The translations under genes and the position numbers were made by a program. DNA of 47,582 nucleotides, from NCBI RefSeq assembly GCF_001194135.2, contig NC_068995.1, forward strand, positions 51,774,820 through 51,822,401, read 5' to 3'. Under the pieces are notes generated by a model that did not search any database, was not told where the DNA came from, and worked only from the letters and a program-made list of their open reading frames with translations. Position 1 is the stretch's first letter. Each line of letters opens with the position of its first letter. Below, one piece after another: positions 24,883-37,020 of this stretch. Source of the stretch: Octopus bimaculoides (taxonomy: Eukaryota).

Positions 24883-25989
24883 NNNNNNNNNNNNNNNNNN
24901 NNNNNNNNNNNNNNNNNNNNNNNNNNNNNNNNNNNNNNNNNNNNNNNNNNNNNNNNNNNNNNNNNNNNNNNNNNNNNNNNNNNNNNNNNNNNNNNNNNNN
25001 NNNNNNNNNNNNNNNNNNNNNNNNNNNNNNNNNNNNNNNNNNNNNNNNNNNNNNNNNNNNNNNNNNNNNNNNNNNNNNNNNNNNNNNNNNNNNNNNNNNN
25101 NNNNNNNNNNNNNNNNNNNNNNNNNNNNNNNNNNNNNNNNNNNNNNNNNNNNNNNNNNNNNNNNNNNNNNNNNNNNNNNNNNNNNNNNNNNNNNNNNNNN
25201 NNNNNNNNNNNNNNNNNNNNNNNNNNNNNNNNNNNNNNNNNNNNNNNNNNNNNNNNNNNNNNNNNNNNNNNNNNNNNNNNNNNNNNNNNNNNNNNNNNNN
25301 NNNNNNNNNNNNNNNNNNNNNNNNNNNNATATATATATATAGATATATATATATATCCAACAGAGTGGCGGTAATCGAAAGCTAAAATGATGCGCGAAAC
25401 GCGTTTTTATTAGCGATGTATAACAAGATCCGATTGTCTGGTTAATGTGGTGATGTAGTTTGTATGTGTGACGGTGGTGGACGAGAGACATTGGATAGTG
25501 GGGTCCAGGAATAAACTGCTTTAATAATAGATATGACAGTTGCGACTCAAACTTGTTTCACCGGAGATCTTCTCAATCAAGGCTAGCTTGTGGCAACAAC
25601 AGCAAAAACAACAACAAAACTACCAGCGAGAACAATAACATAAACATGGCTTGTTATAGCCAGGTTGTACTTTGTAGGAGTAGAAGTAAGTGGATATTGA
25701 TTTGCGACACATTGATCTTCGATTAAACATTTAAACGGAAGCGGAAGTAAATAACACGGAAATGGCAGAATTTAAATAGGTCACATGTAAAACCAGGTCA
25801 AGGAGAAGATAGGAAAGTTAATAAAGCCACTGATATAATTGGATCGTCAATTCCGAAAGCTTTTGTTAATAAACGATGTAGTCGAGTGCTTAAGTCTTAC
25901 ACTTCAGACTCGGTCTCGTTAAGTTCGTTCTCTTTGATTTACGTCTGTTCAGTTTTAATGTACGTTTTACATGATTACAGAATTTAAAT

Positions 25990-26026
<37 letters not shown>

Positions 26027-26040
26027 TTGTATATATTTTA

Positions 26041-26236
26041 AAGGGCCAGCCTTGTCGCACTCTTTGTCACGCTGAAGCAGTTATTGAAGCTGAAGGTGGC
26101 TTTATTGAATAACATTATAGAAAAGGTTTATTTTTATCCTCATAGCATTTTCTGATAAATAAAGTTATGATCCGTTCTTATATATCTGTTTTTATATAAA
26201 CATAAATCTGTTCTCAAATATCTTAGGCACCCTCTA
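26041..26236 (+). mobile_element. Tc1/mariner-superfamily transposon 3' end (transposase C-terminus plus right terminus)
   Basis: 26074-26112 translates EAVIEAEGGFIE*, the typical Tc1/maT-type terminal motif (xAVIxAxGGxxx*). About 120 bp later it ends GCACCCTCTA, in a TA context. Confidence 0.65.
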
Positions 26237-26249
26237 TATATGAGCATAC

Positions 26250-26405
26250 GCACAAGTGGTTGCTGAAAAGTTTCTGATTTTGGGTAAACGAAATACATAA
26301 GGATCAGTTAATTATGATTTTATTCAATACATTCACACATTTATAGTAGCGCTCTTTCAGTTTTTCTAGCCCCTGTAAAAGAACTCGGAAGTTTTCAGCT
26401 ACTCT
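26250..26405 (-). mobile_element. Short mariner deletion derivative
   Basis: Minus strand encodes LLQGLEKLKERYYKCVN, resembling the mariner C-terminal GIxKLxxRWxKCI motif. TIR-like ends GGTTGCTGAAAAGTTT (from 26258) and GAAGTTTTCAGCTACT (26388-26403) match at about 12/16. Confidence 0.62.
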
Positions 26406-26925
26406 ACTTATACATGNNNNNNNNNNNNNNNNNNNNNNNNNNNNNNNNNNNNNNNNNNNNNNNNNNNNNNNNNNNNNNNNNNNNNNNNNNNNNNNNNNNN
26501 NNNNNNNNNNNNNNNNNNNNNNNNNNNNNNNNNNNNNNNNNNNNNNNNNNNNNNNNNNNNNNNNNNNNNNNNNNNNNNNNNNNNNNNNNNNNNNNNNNNN
26601 NNNNNNNNNNNNTATATATATATATATATATATGCATGCATGCATGTATTGAAAGCTAACGTCTCAAAGTCGCCTTGCAAATAATCAATTCTAATTTTCT
26701 TTCACTGATTCTCGCTCGCTCTCTCTCTGCACTTTACATTTTCTCTTTTGTATTCCAAGAGGTCATCCAGCTATGCAACCGGTCACCTTTGTTATAAACT
26801 GATCCTGACGTTGCATCGTTTGGAGCCGCTTATTACAAACATTGGATTCAATCATGAATGTGCATTATTAAAACACTGATGGCCAAACATGCTCTATTCG
26901 TTGCATTCATTGGATTCATAGCCAC

Positions 26926-26967
<42 letters not shown>

Positions 26968-26977
26968 NNNNNNNNNN

Positions 26978-27013
<36 letters not shown>

Positions 27014-27232
27014 TTGTATGTATGTATATGTATATACACGTATGTATATCTTTATATACGCAATAGTGCATTTGTCGGAATGAATACGTGCGTACGTGTG
27101 CTTCTACATACAGGTTTTTGCATATATATCACTACCTCTATGTATGTATGTATGTATGTATGTATGCGTGTATATAGGTATGCATGTATGTGTGTATGTG
27201 TGCGTATGTGTGTATGTTTGTGTGTATGTGTG

Positions 27233-27281
<49 letters not shown>

Positions 27282-27743
27282 NNNNNNNNNNNNNNNNNNN
27301 NNNNNNNNNNNNNNNNNNNNNNNNNNNNNNNNNNNNNNNNNNNNNNNNNNNNNNNNNNNNNNNNNNNNNNNNNNNNNNNNNNNNNNNNNNNNNNNNNNNN
27401 NNNNNNNNNNNNNNNNNNNNNNNNNNNNNNNNNNNNNNNNNNNNNNNNNNNNNNNNNNNNNNNNNNNNNNNNNNNNNNNNNNNNNNNNNNNNNNNNNNNN
27501 NNNNNNNNNNNNNNNNNNNNNNNNNNNNNNNNNNNNNNNNNNNNNNNNNNNNNNNNNNNNNNNNNNNNNNNNNNNNNNNNNNNNNNNNNNNNNNNNNNNN
27601 NNNNNNNNNNNNNNNNNNNNNNNNNNNNNNNNNNNNNNNNNNNNNNNNNNNNNNNNNNNNNNNNNNNNNNNNNNNNNNNNNNNNNNNNNNNNNNNNNNNN
27701 NNNNNNNNNNTATATATATATATGTATGTATGTATATATATTT

Positions 27744-27910
27744 GTGTGTCTGTGTTTGTCCTACCACCATCGCTTGACAACCGATGTCTGTGTGTTTACT
27801 TTCCCTAAACTAGCGGTTCGACAAAAGACTTCGATAGAATAAGTACTAGGCTTACAAAGAGTACGTTTTTTCGACTAAAGGCGGTGCTCCAGCATGACCG
27901 CAGTCAAATA
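27744..27910 (+). mobile_element. SINE family B, 3' half
   Basis: Homologous to 17449-17630. Confidence 0.8.
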
Positions 27911-28710
27911 GAGAGAATGAGAGAGTGAGAGAAAGAGAGGAAGGGAGAGAGAGAGAGAGAGGGAGAAAGATTGAGGGATTTAGTGAGAAAATAGGCAAAG
28001 ATATTTCTTTTCTTTTTTCTTCCTAATTTGAATCTTTCCTTTGCTCCTTGTAGATGACAGAACATCTCAGATCCGCTTTCCTTTCGTGTGTCTAAATCAT
28101 TTTATCAAGGTGTTACTTCAGCGATTTACACAAACATTATAAATTCATGAGAAACAGTAAATAGCAAATGCTTGTTGAAAGCTAATGATGTTTCTAGGTC
28201 AGTTTAGTGAGTCAGTAGGAAATTTCTACTTTGTAACAGCTAAAGACGTTGCCATGGAATCTTCAGACTTGTTTCTCTCTTCTTGTTGCTTGTTTGTTGA
28301 GAGGTGAAGAGTCTGAAATTTATGAGGATTGAGGATCGCTTCTGCGAAGTTTCGTCTGTTCATATCTTCGTTAATGTTTGTAGAAGGATGAGAGAGTGTT
28401 GTGAATAAGAAACAGCTATGTAATTTTACTTCATGTTAGCTATAATTGATTGATAATGTGTATAAATTTACAGCAAGATCTCAGCGAAACATCATGCTGG
28501 TTTTTGTCATTGTACACGCCATGTTTAAAAGATTACCAACTGGTAAAATGAGATGTCATGTGACTTTATTTTCCTTGTTGTTGGTGTTATTGTTGTAGTT
28601 GTTGTTGATGTTGACCTGTAGGTCATCTCTAAAAGGACATACGTATGATGTAAACATGGTTCAAGCAAGGCCGGTCCGATATTTTCTTTTCATCCTTTTG
28701 CAATCGTTTG

Positions 28711-28820
28711 TCTTTTACTTGTTTCACTCAGTGGACTGTGGCCATGCTGGAGCATCACCTTGAAGGGTCTTAGTTGTATAGATCAATCCTTGTACTTATA
28801 TTTTTCTAAGCCTGGTATTT
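28711..28820 (-). mobile_element. SINE family B, 3'-end fragment
   Basis: TTTTACTTGTTTCA..CAGT.GACTGTGGCCATGCTGGAGCA is the reverse complement of the end of 17449-17656. A second such fragment lies at 29197-29280. Confidence 0.7.
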
Positions 28821-28909
28821 AATCTTTGAAACCGCTAGATTACGGTTTTCAAGTGGTGTTGGGAACAAACGCAAAGACACACGCGCGCACACCAACACAC
28901 ACACACACA

Positions 28910-29006
<97 letters not shown>

Positions 29007-29625
29007 CGGGCTTCTTTCAGTTTCTGTCTACCAGATTCATTAACAAGGCACTCCGGAGTTATAGTAGAAGACATTTGAACCCGAAACTACTTTAACTTCC
29101 AATTATAATTTGAAAACGGAGACATTGATTCACTTCCTCGCTTCATTGCCCTACCGTTATCAAACAATATACTCTTTACCTTTTAACTTTTCCTTCTTTT
29201 AATCAGTGGACTGTGGCCATGCTGGAACACCGCATTGACGAGCTTAGTCGAACGAATCGATTCCATAGTATCAGCTGGTAATTTCTAAGTGTTCCATATA
29301 TCATACACATCATTGCATTAATATGATCCAACAGTAGTTGTTCAGCTGCACATCACAGGTGAGTCGGTTATTTATATGTTATCTAAAAACAGTTTGATTC
29401 AGTTTCATGTGACTTAAAGTTTCCTAGGCTCGTGGAATGAAGCTATCTCGTCAGACATCCAAAGGAAAAGTCACATTTATAGATCTCTAACGATATAAGT
29501 TCGTCTTACGACCTTACGAAACTTTAAGTCAAATGGAGTTGATTCAAACTGTTATTAAATAAAATATTCAACTCCTATCAAATGCGTTGAATCACTTTTT
29601 ACGTTTGTTCATTCATACGCATATA

Positions 29626-29677
<52 letters not shown>

Positions 29678-30673
29678 GTGTGCACACATATATATGTATG
29701 TGCATATGTATGCATGTACCTCACTTTGTCTCTTTTCTTTCTTTTTCTCTCTTTCTCGTTCCTCCCTTATTCTTAAATCCCTCTGCCCCTACCGCTCTCT
29801 TCTTCTTCCACGTGACCGGTGTTCCGCCAAGCCTGACCTTTCTTTCTTGGTTCAACTACCATCGTGCAGCATCTCTTATATTCCTTCCCTTGACTTCCAA
29901 CTCACACATACACACACACACACACATACATACATACATACATACATCAAACAAGCGAGACCGATACAGAAGGAAACATGGAAGACAGAGAAGAAGAGCT
30001 ACAGCAACAGGAACAACACGAAGAATATAGAGAACATGAAGAAGAAAACAAAACGCAAAAAAAAACATAAACGAAAGGAAACGACATTTAAAGAAGAAAA
30101 CAAGAAAGAGTGAAAGAAAACAAGTAAAAACAAAATTTCAGAAATACACTCCCCTCTCTCCCTCTCTCTCTCCCTTATAAAAAGGAGAGAAAAAAGGTGA
30201 ATGGAATTAATGTTAAACTCTTATTTAACGTTATTTAAGCGAGGTGTCATCGTAATTAGATGTAATAGTGAGAATATGATGTTACGTATTAGATAGCAGC
30301 TACTTATCTTACAATGGTGTAGTGCTATTGAGAGAGAAAGTGGGAGAGGGGGGGGGTGAATGAGTGAGAGAGGTGGAATCTGTGGAAAACAAAGTGAGGG
30401 GGAAAATGAGTGATAGAGGGTGAGAGAGAGTGAGAAAGTTTGAGACAAAGGGAGAGAAATAACAGAAGTGATAAAATGGTGAGAGAGAGAGGTTGAAGGA
30501 GTAGAAGGTGAGGGAGAGAAAGAGAGAGGGAGAGAGAGTGAGAGAGAGAGAGAGAGAGAAATTTTGGGAGACAAAAAGTGAGAGAAAAGGGAACGGTGAA
30601 AAGAGTGAGAGAGAGATAATGCAGATAGACAGAGAGTGGAGGAGGGAGTAGTAGGTGAGGGACAGAAGATAGT

Positions 30674-30712
<39 letters not shown>

Positions 30713-31100
30713 ACTGAAAGAGATAAGAAGAGAATGTGAGAGACAGGCAGGGAAACACGACAATAAGAAAATAGAGAGAGAGAGAGAGAGAGAGTAAGAT
30801 GGTGTTCAGGCTGTGAATGGGAAAGGAGTATAGAGGAAGAGATATGGAGAGTAAGAGAAAGAGAGAGAGAAAACTGTAATAGGAGAGCGATAGAAACAAC
30901 GAGGAAGAGAAAGGTGAAAATAGCACTGAGGGCCTATAGTGAGAGAGAGAGAAAAAGAAATACAGAGGGAGAAGGAGGGTTGAGTGAGAGGGATGGTGTG
31001 AGATATTGAGAGAGGCAGTGAGGGGGAGTTAGAGAGAAAAGTAGAGACTGGAAGGAAAGAAAACTATGGAGAAGAGTCGGAAGGAATTCATGAGTCAATT

Positions 31101-31207
31101 GCGCAGGTGTGGCTGTGTGATTAAGGAGCTTGGCTTCCGTGCTTTCAGACCATTTGGATTTGGGTTCAGTCCCACAGCGTGGCAACTTAAGTGTCTTCAA
31201 CTAAAGG
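31101..31207 (+). mobile_element. SINE family B head (diverged)
   Basis: GCGCAGGTGTGGCTGTGTG...GGGTTCAGTCCCACAGCGTGGCA...AAGTGTCTTC. Confidence 0.72.
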
Positions 31208-31890
31208 CTCCTCTTCATTCATCTTTCTCCCTTATCCCACTTTACCTCCCCTTCCTACTCCCAAGCTTTTCTTTACCTCACGTCCCTCCTTATCCTAATT
31301 TCGTTCTTCTCTACCTTTTCTTTCCCTTACTCCTTCTATTATTTTCTCTCCATACAATGTGTTCCTTCTCCCTCCCTTTAACAAAATATCTAGACACAAC
31401 GTGCAAGTGCAACCAGTCTGCTCAGAAGAAACAAAAGGTGAAACATCTGGCCAAGATATAAGGAAACAATACATCTAATATAACTCCAATATCTGTAACA
31501 CAGTTCTTTCCTAATATTCTGGTGGTCGACGTTTAGTAAGCAGCATTTTCTTTATTAGATTACGCCTCTCTTTGCAGATCTCTGTGTCTGTCCGCTTATC
31601 TCTCTGTTGCTCATCGCTTTCTCAGTAAGCATTCATACATATAAACGTGTGTGTATGTGTGTATGTGTGTGTGTGTTATTATGTATGTGTATATATGTAT
31701 ACCTATCACATGTGTGCGTGTGCGTAGTGTGTGCTCGTGTATATTTATGTATGTTAGTTCTCTTTCTCATATCAAATAAAACAAAGCACCACTCACGCAA
31801 TGAAACGAACACACGCAGACACACACACACACACACATACATTCACAAAAAACACACGCACATGTAGAAGCGACTCTATACACACATAAA

Positions 31891-31937
<47 letters not shown>

Positions 31938-32390
31938 TCTCTTCCCACATACTATATCATTTTCCTATTAATGGTCACCACAAATTCTTCACTAATCTAC
32001 GATTTGTAAATCTCAGACAATAAAAGAACCCAGCTGCCTCGTCTTTCGAAATTCAATTGTCTTGGAGCGTTCACACACTTGCGCTCGATTTGCAATTTTC
32101 TTTACAAGCTAGCTTACTTAAGGACTTAAATATAAGTGCATACATACCTATATATTTGTATATGTATATGCTTACGTAGAAGCAGACATGTATGCATAGA
32201 AACAAATACATTTACGCAAATACATGCACACACGCACACATGTATGTGTGTGCGTATTATACACACATACTATATATTCACACACACACACATACACATA
32301 GATATATATATGTATATGTTTATACATACATCTGGATCTTTGTGTATGTATGTATCTATATGTAAATAGGCATGTATAAACATAAATATA

Positions 32391-32421
<31 letters not shown>

Positions 32422-32550
32422 NNNNNNNNNNNNNNNNNNNNNNNNNNNNNNNNNNNNNNNNNNNNNNNNNNNNNNNNNNNNNNNNNNNNNNNNNNNNNNN
32501 NNNNNNNNNNNNNNNNNNNNNNNNNNNNNNTTTTTGTAACATATTTCTAT

Positions 32551-32583
<33 letters not shown>

Positions 32584-32657
32584 ATGCGTGCTGCAGTGGA
32601 TGCATTCGTGTGTATGCATGTATTTCTCTCTCTCTCTTTCTCTCTCTCTCAGCGCTC

Positions 32658-33201
32658 AATTGGTACTTATTTTATCGACCCCAAAAGGATGAAAGGCAAA
32701 ATCGACCTCGGCCCAATTTTAACCAAAAACGTAAGGACGAACGAAATACTGCTAAGCAGCATTTCACTCGAAGTGCTAACGATTCTGCCGGGCATAAGAC
32801 TTTAAATTTTGAGGGATGGGGTTAGTCAAATTCGTCGATCCCAAGGCTCAGCTGGTACTTATTTGATTGATCTCGAAGGGACGAAAGGCAAAGTCGATGG
32901 AATATGAACTTAGAACGTATAACCGGAAGAAATTCCACTAAGTATATTGTCCGGCGTGCTAAAGATTTTACCAGCTCAAGGCCTCTAGCGTTTTAAGTAA
33001 TGCTTTTTATTATAGGCACAAGGTCTAGGGGGCGCTAGTTGATTACATCGACACCAGTGTGTAACTGGTACTTATTTCATCTACCAAGATGAAAGGCAAA
33101 GTTAACCTCAGTGGAATATGAACTCAGAACGTAAAAGGCGGACGAAATGCACGCTCAGCATTTTGTCCGGCGTGGAAACGGTTTTGAAGCTGGACGCCTT
33201 A
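32658..33201 (-). mobile_element. Three head-to-tail diverged SINE family A copies (about 32658-32789, 32790-32986, 33004-33201)
   Basis: The (A/C)TGGTACTTATTT...GAAAGGCAAA... module and a decayed tRNA-like head each occur three times in the same orientation. Confidence 0.78.
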
Positions 33202-33295
33202 AGCGTCTTATAAAATGGAACGTTGGATTAGAAAGAGTGGTGTTAGACAGCTACAAAATAACCTACATCTGATTCATTAAGGTTCCGACGGGGAC

Positions 33296-33362
33296 GAAGA
33301 AGAAGAAGAAGAAGAAGAAGAAGAAGAAGAAGAAGAAGAAGAAGAAGAAGAAGAAGAAGAAG

Positions 33363-33392
<30 letters not shown>
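33296..33392. repeat. (GAA)n(CAA)n trinucleotide microsatellite
   Basis: Directly visible. Confidence 0.97.
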
Positions 33393-33393
<1 letters not shown>

Positions 33394-33530
33394 GCAAAAA
33401 CATGAGAGATCATGACGAAGACAACACTGTTGAGGGCATCGGCGACAACGAAATCAACGAAAGCAACAAACAACCGCCATTTCCAGCCTCCCTTCTTCTC
33501 GAAGGGAAATATTTTCTCCTGCAATGTGTA

Positions 33531-33563
<33 letters not shown>

Positions 33564-34136
33564 ATGCGTGTGTGTGTGTGTGTGTGTGNNNNNNNNNNNN
33601 NNNNNNNNNNNNNNNNNNNNNNNNNNNNNNNNNNNNNNNNNNNNNNNNNNNNNNNNNNNNNNNNNNNNNNNNNNNNNNNNNNNNNNNNNNNNNNNNNNNN
33701 NNNNNNNNNNNNNNNNNNNNNNNNNNNNNNNNNNNNNNNNNNNNNNNNNNNNNNNNNNNNNNNNNNNNNNNNNNNNNNNNNNNNNNNNNNNNNNNNNNNN
33801 NNNNNNNNNNNNNNNNNNNNNNNNNNNNNNNNNNNNNNNNNNNNNNNNNNNNNNNNNNNNNNNNNNNNNNNNNNNNNNNNNNNNNNNNNNNNNNNNNNNN
33901 NNNNNNNNNNNNNNNNNNNNNNNNNNNNNNNNNNNNNNNNNNNNNNNNNNNNNNNNNNNNNNNNNNNNNNNNNNNNNNNNNNNNNNNNNNNNNNNNNNNN
34001 NNNNNNNNNNNNNNNNNNNNNNNNNNNNNNNNNNNNNNNNNNNNNNNNNNNNNNNNNNNNNNNNNNNNNNNNNNNNNNNNNNNNNNNNNNNNNNNNNNNN
34101 NNNNNNNNNNNNNNNNNNNNNNNNNNNNNNACACAC

Positions 34137-34200
<64 letters not shown>

Positions 34201-34490
34201 GTATATATAGTCTGCTTCAAAATAGTTACGATAATTTGGTAAACAAGAATTTTGCTTGCTTTTGGCCAAGTTTCAGCTACTTGGTCAGTGTAATTGGAAC
34301 GCCAACATTTTGAGAGATATCATTTATATCACTATCGTGTGATATTCTTATGCGTATGTATCTACACGTATGTATATGCGCATGGATGTATGTGTATCTA
34401 TGATTGCATGTACGTTTGTTTACACTCAGACACAGACAGGTATATATGTACGTATATCTATATATCTATCTATCTATATATTTATATCTA

Positions 34491-34574
<84 letters not shown>

Positions 34575-35194
34575 CACATACACATCTATAATTGTATGTT
34601 TGTATGTACGTATGTGTGTCTGTGTACGAGTGCGGTGGTAGGTAGGTAGGTAGGTAGGTAGGTAGGTAGGTTGGTGTCTACCTACGTCGGCATCGTGCGA
34701 CCTCGTGCCACGATAAGAAATTAAGACTGGAAACCAAAACAACGAGTAGTGACACACTAAGATACAGCTTTGAACAAAATGGTATTGCTTCACAGCACTG
34801 AATAGGTTTTTTCACTAAATTGCATTTGACACCAGTGTGCAAACGTCTGACAAAACTTTCTAGCGATGCAAAAAAAAAAAAGAAGAAAAAGAAAGAAAAG
34901 ATTAAAGAAATCAATATTTCAATGACTTCTTGCCTGTTTGGTTGCCAAAATTATTTGGGATCTCAATTCGTTATGGTGTATGGGGATGACTATCAGACTC
35001 TTGCTCACTCACCTTACCCTTTCTTGGTGGCTTCTCTAAACATTTCGAGTGTTTAAATATATCGTTCATTGTCCACGGCACTGCCACGATCCAGAAAGTG
35101 AAGGCGAATGACGCCCTTGTTATTCTCCGAAATGGCTTGACTTTCTTAGGGATTTCTAGTTCTTGACCTTCTTAACCCTTGGAGAAGGGATGTA

Positions 35195-35395
35195 ACATCA
35201 TTCACTTGATTACATGTTGTTCCAATTCACTAAACTGTAAAAATGAGCTGCGATGTTACTGGTGCCAAGCTGTATTGGTCCTTGCCTTTCCTTGGATAAC
35301 ATCGTAGAGGGGAGAATGTTATGCATGGGCGACTGCTGGTCTTCAACAAACTACCTTGTCTGGGCTTCTACTTGGGTGGGGAACTTTCTATAAAT
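35195..35395 (+). mobile_element. SINE family C, decayed core and a different 3' segment
   Basis: CATGTTGTTCCAATTCACTAAACTG resembles the family C core CACGTTGCTCCAGTCTACTCAGCTG. Boundaries are approximate. Confidence 0.45.
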
Positions 35396-35504
35396 GTAAA
35401 TAATTAAACCAAGTTGTGGTTATATAGTTTCAGCAATAGGGAATCTCAGTCCTCACAGTCTCAAGGTATGTTATAATATATGTAACCTATGTAGTAGATA
35501 TATA

Positions 35505-35612
35505 GTGTCAGGCTTTAAAGAACTAAGTCCTGACGTTTTTGAAGCTTAAACACTTCAAGGCGGCATCCTAACATGGCTGCAGTCACGTGACTGAAACAAG
35601 TAAGAGAAAAAA
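35505..35612 (+). mobile_element. SINE family B, 3'-end fragment
   Basis: CATGGCTGCAGTCA.GTGACTGAAACAAGTAA matches 17611-17642 and is followed by an A-rich tail. Confidence 0.72.
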
Positions 35613-36398
35613 AAAGGTAAGTACAAAAGAAAGGGTGATGTAATTTCAATCCAATTTGTGTTTTTCAGAAACAGATTTGAAAATTCACTTGTTTCTTTCA
35701 TTCAAATTATAGGTCTCTTTGACATACGTCCCTTCACTCACGTCTCAAGTCTGACCTCCAGTTAACCTCCTAGTCTCATTCTTCAATAGATCGAACAGAG
35801 TTTTAATTCATATCACATTTGTTATTATAGAACTTTATATTCCCAATATATTCAATCCGCTCAATTATTAGCATCGACATGCACTTCTCATATCAAATCA
35901 ATTTGTCGAAGTATTCCGCATTACTACAATTTCATAATCTTTACTCCCACGGATATTACTTCTGTGTATTATTATCCAAAACCGCGATTCTGATCCACAA
36001 CAAATTTCTTTCTGCTTACCTCCAGTTCATCGCACATATATAATTCTTCTTTCCATCTATATTAATATCACTTTTAACTTTATAGCGACATGGTATCCGC
36101 TACTTTATTAAATGCTCTCAAGGATAACTGCTGTTATCTTGAATTAAAATCCCCGGAGCACCAAATATCAGAAGCTGGTGAAATAACACGTTGCTAGAGA
36201 ACTGAAGTAGGCTGCTGTGGTTTTCGTAGGGTGTTCACTCTATAAGGTTGTGGCTGGGCTTGCAGTTGCAGAAGCAGTAAAAGGATGGGCCTCAGACTTC
36301 ATCATCGACTCTACACCGGTTTACCCTCATTATTTATAGCTACCAGGTGACTTTGGATAAAGAGTGTAGACCCGTGATTTGTTACTACTAGAATACAA

Positions 36399-36533
36399 GC
36401 TGCCGCGTGATAAACCCTGGCCGGATCAATTGAGCGACGGATACAAACCGGCTCGTGATAAACACCGGCCGAGCCAATTGAGCGACGGAAACAAACTGGC
36501 ACATGATAAACCCAGCCGGGTCAATTGAGCGAC
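36399..36533. repeat. 48-bp tandem repeat, about 2.7 copies
   Basis: TGATAAAC units start at 36408, 36456 and 36504 (exact 48-bp period); each contains CAATTGAGCGAC. Confidence 0.92.
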
Positions 36534-36983
36534 AGGGCTAATGTTGAAAGATCTGAAAACTTCTGTGACCCCAGAAACATATGCAAAAGAATGCATGGGG
36601 TGTTTTTTTGGAACATATGACTCTTTAAAAGTTTTTGCACACAACATTTTATCATTTTTTTTTCGATTCTTCTTTAATTTCCTTCGCTATTGTTCTTTTT
36701 TTTATATTATAAAATATATTTTGTTTTCTCCTCACAAATCAAGCTCCGTTGAAAATGGATTTTTTCAAAACTCACCCTTTTTTCGTATCTGCTCCGATAT
36801 TTTTTTTTTCTTTAAAGAGGAAGAACTAGAACCAGATTACTTCAGGCACCTCAATATTATGTTTACGTCAGATCCTACTGAGAGTGCGTGTGTCGGGAAG
36901 GGGGGGTGGGTGAGAATATGTGTGTAATTAAGCACTTGTATTCATTACTATGGGAAACTGGTAATATATATGTACACACACAC

Positions 36984-37020
<37 letters not shown>

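Noticed and set aside
25381-25414. GAAACGCGTT preceded by TGATG, resembling a Penelope-type hammerhead
   Set aside because: No CUGANGA core and no helix II.
36399-36533. CRISPR-like array
   Set aside because: The units are homologous along their whole length with no unique spacers, the context is eukaryotic and there are no cas genes.
36541-36927. 128-aa Phe-rich ORF
   Set aside because: Stays open because of poly-T tracts; no protein-like features.
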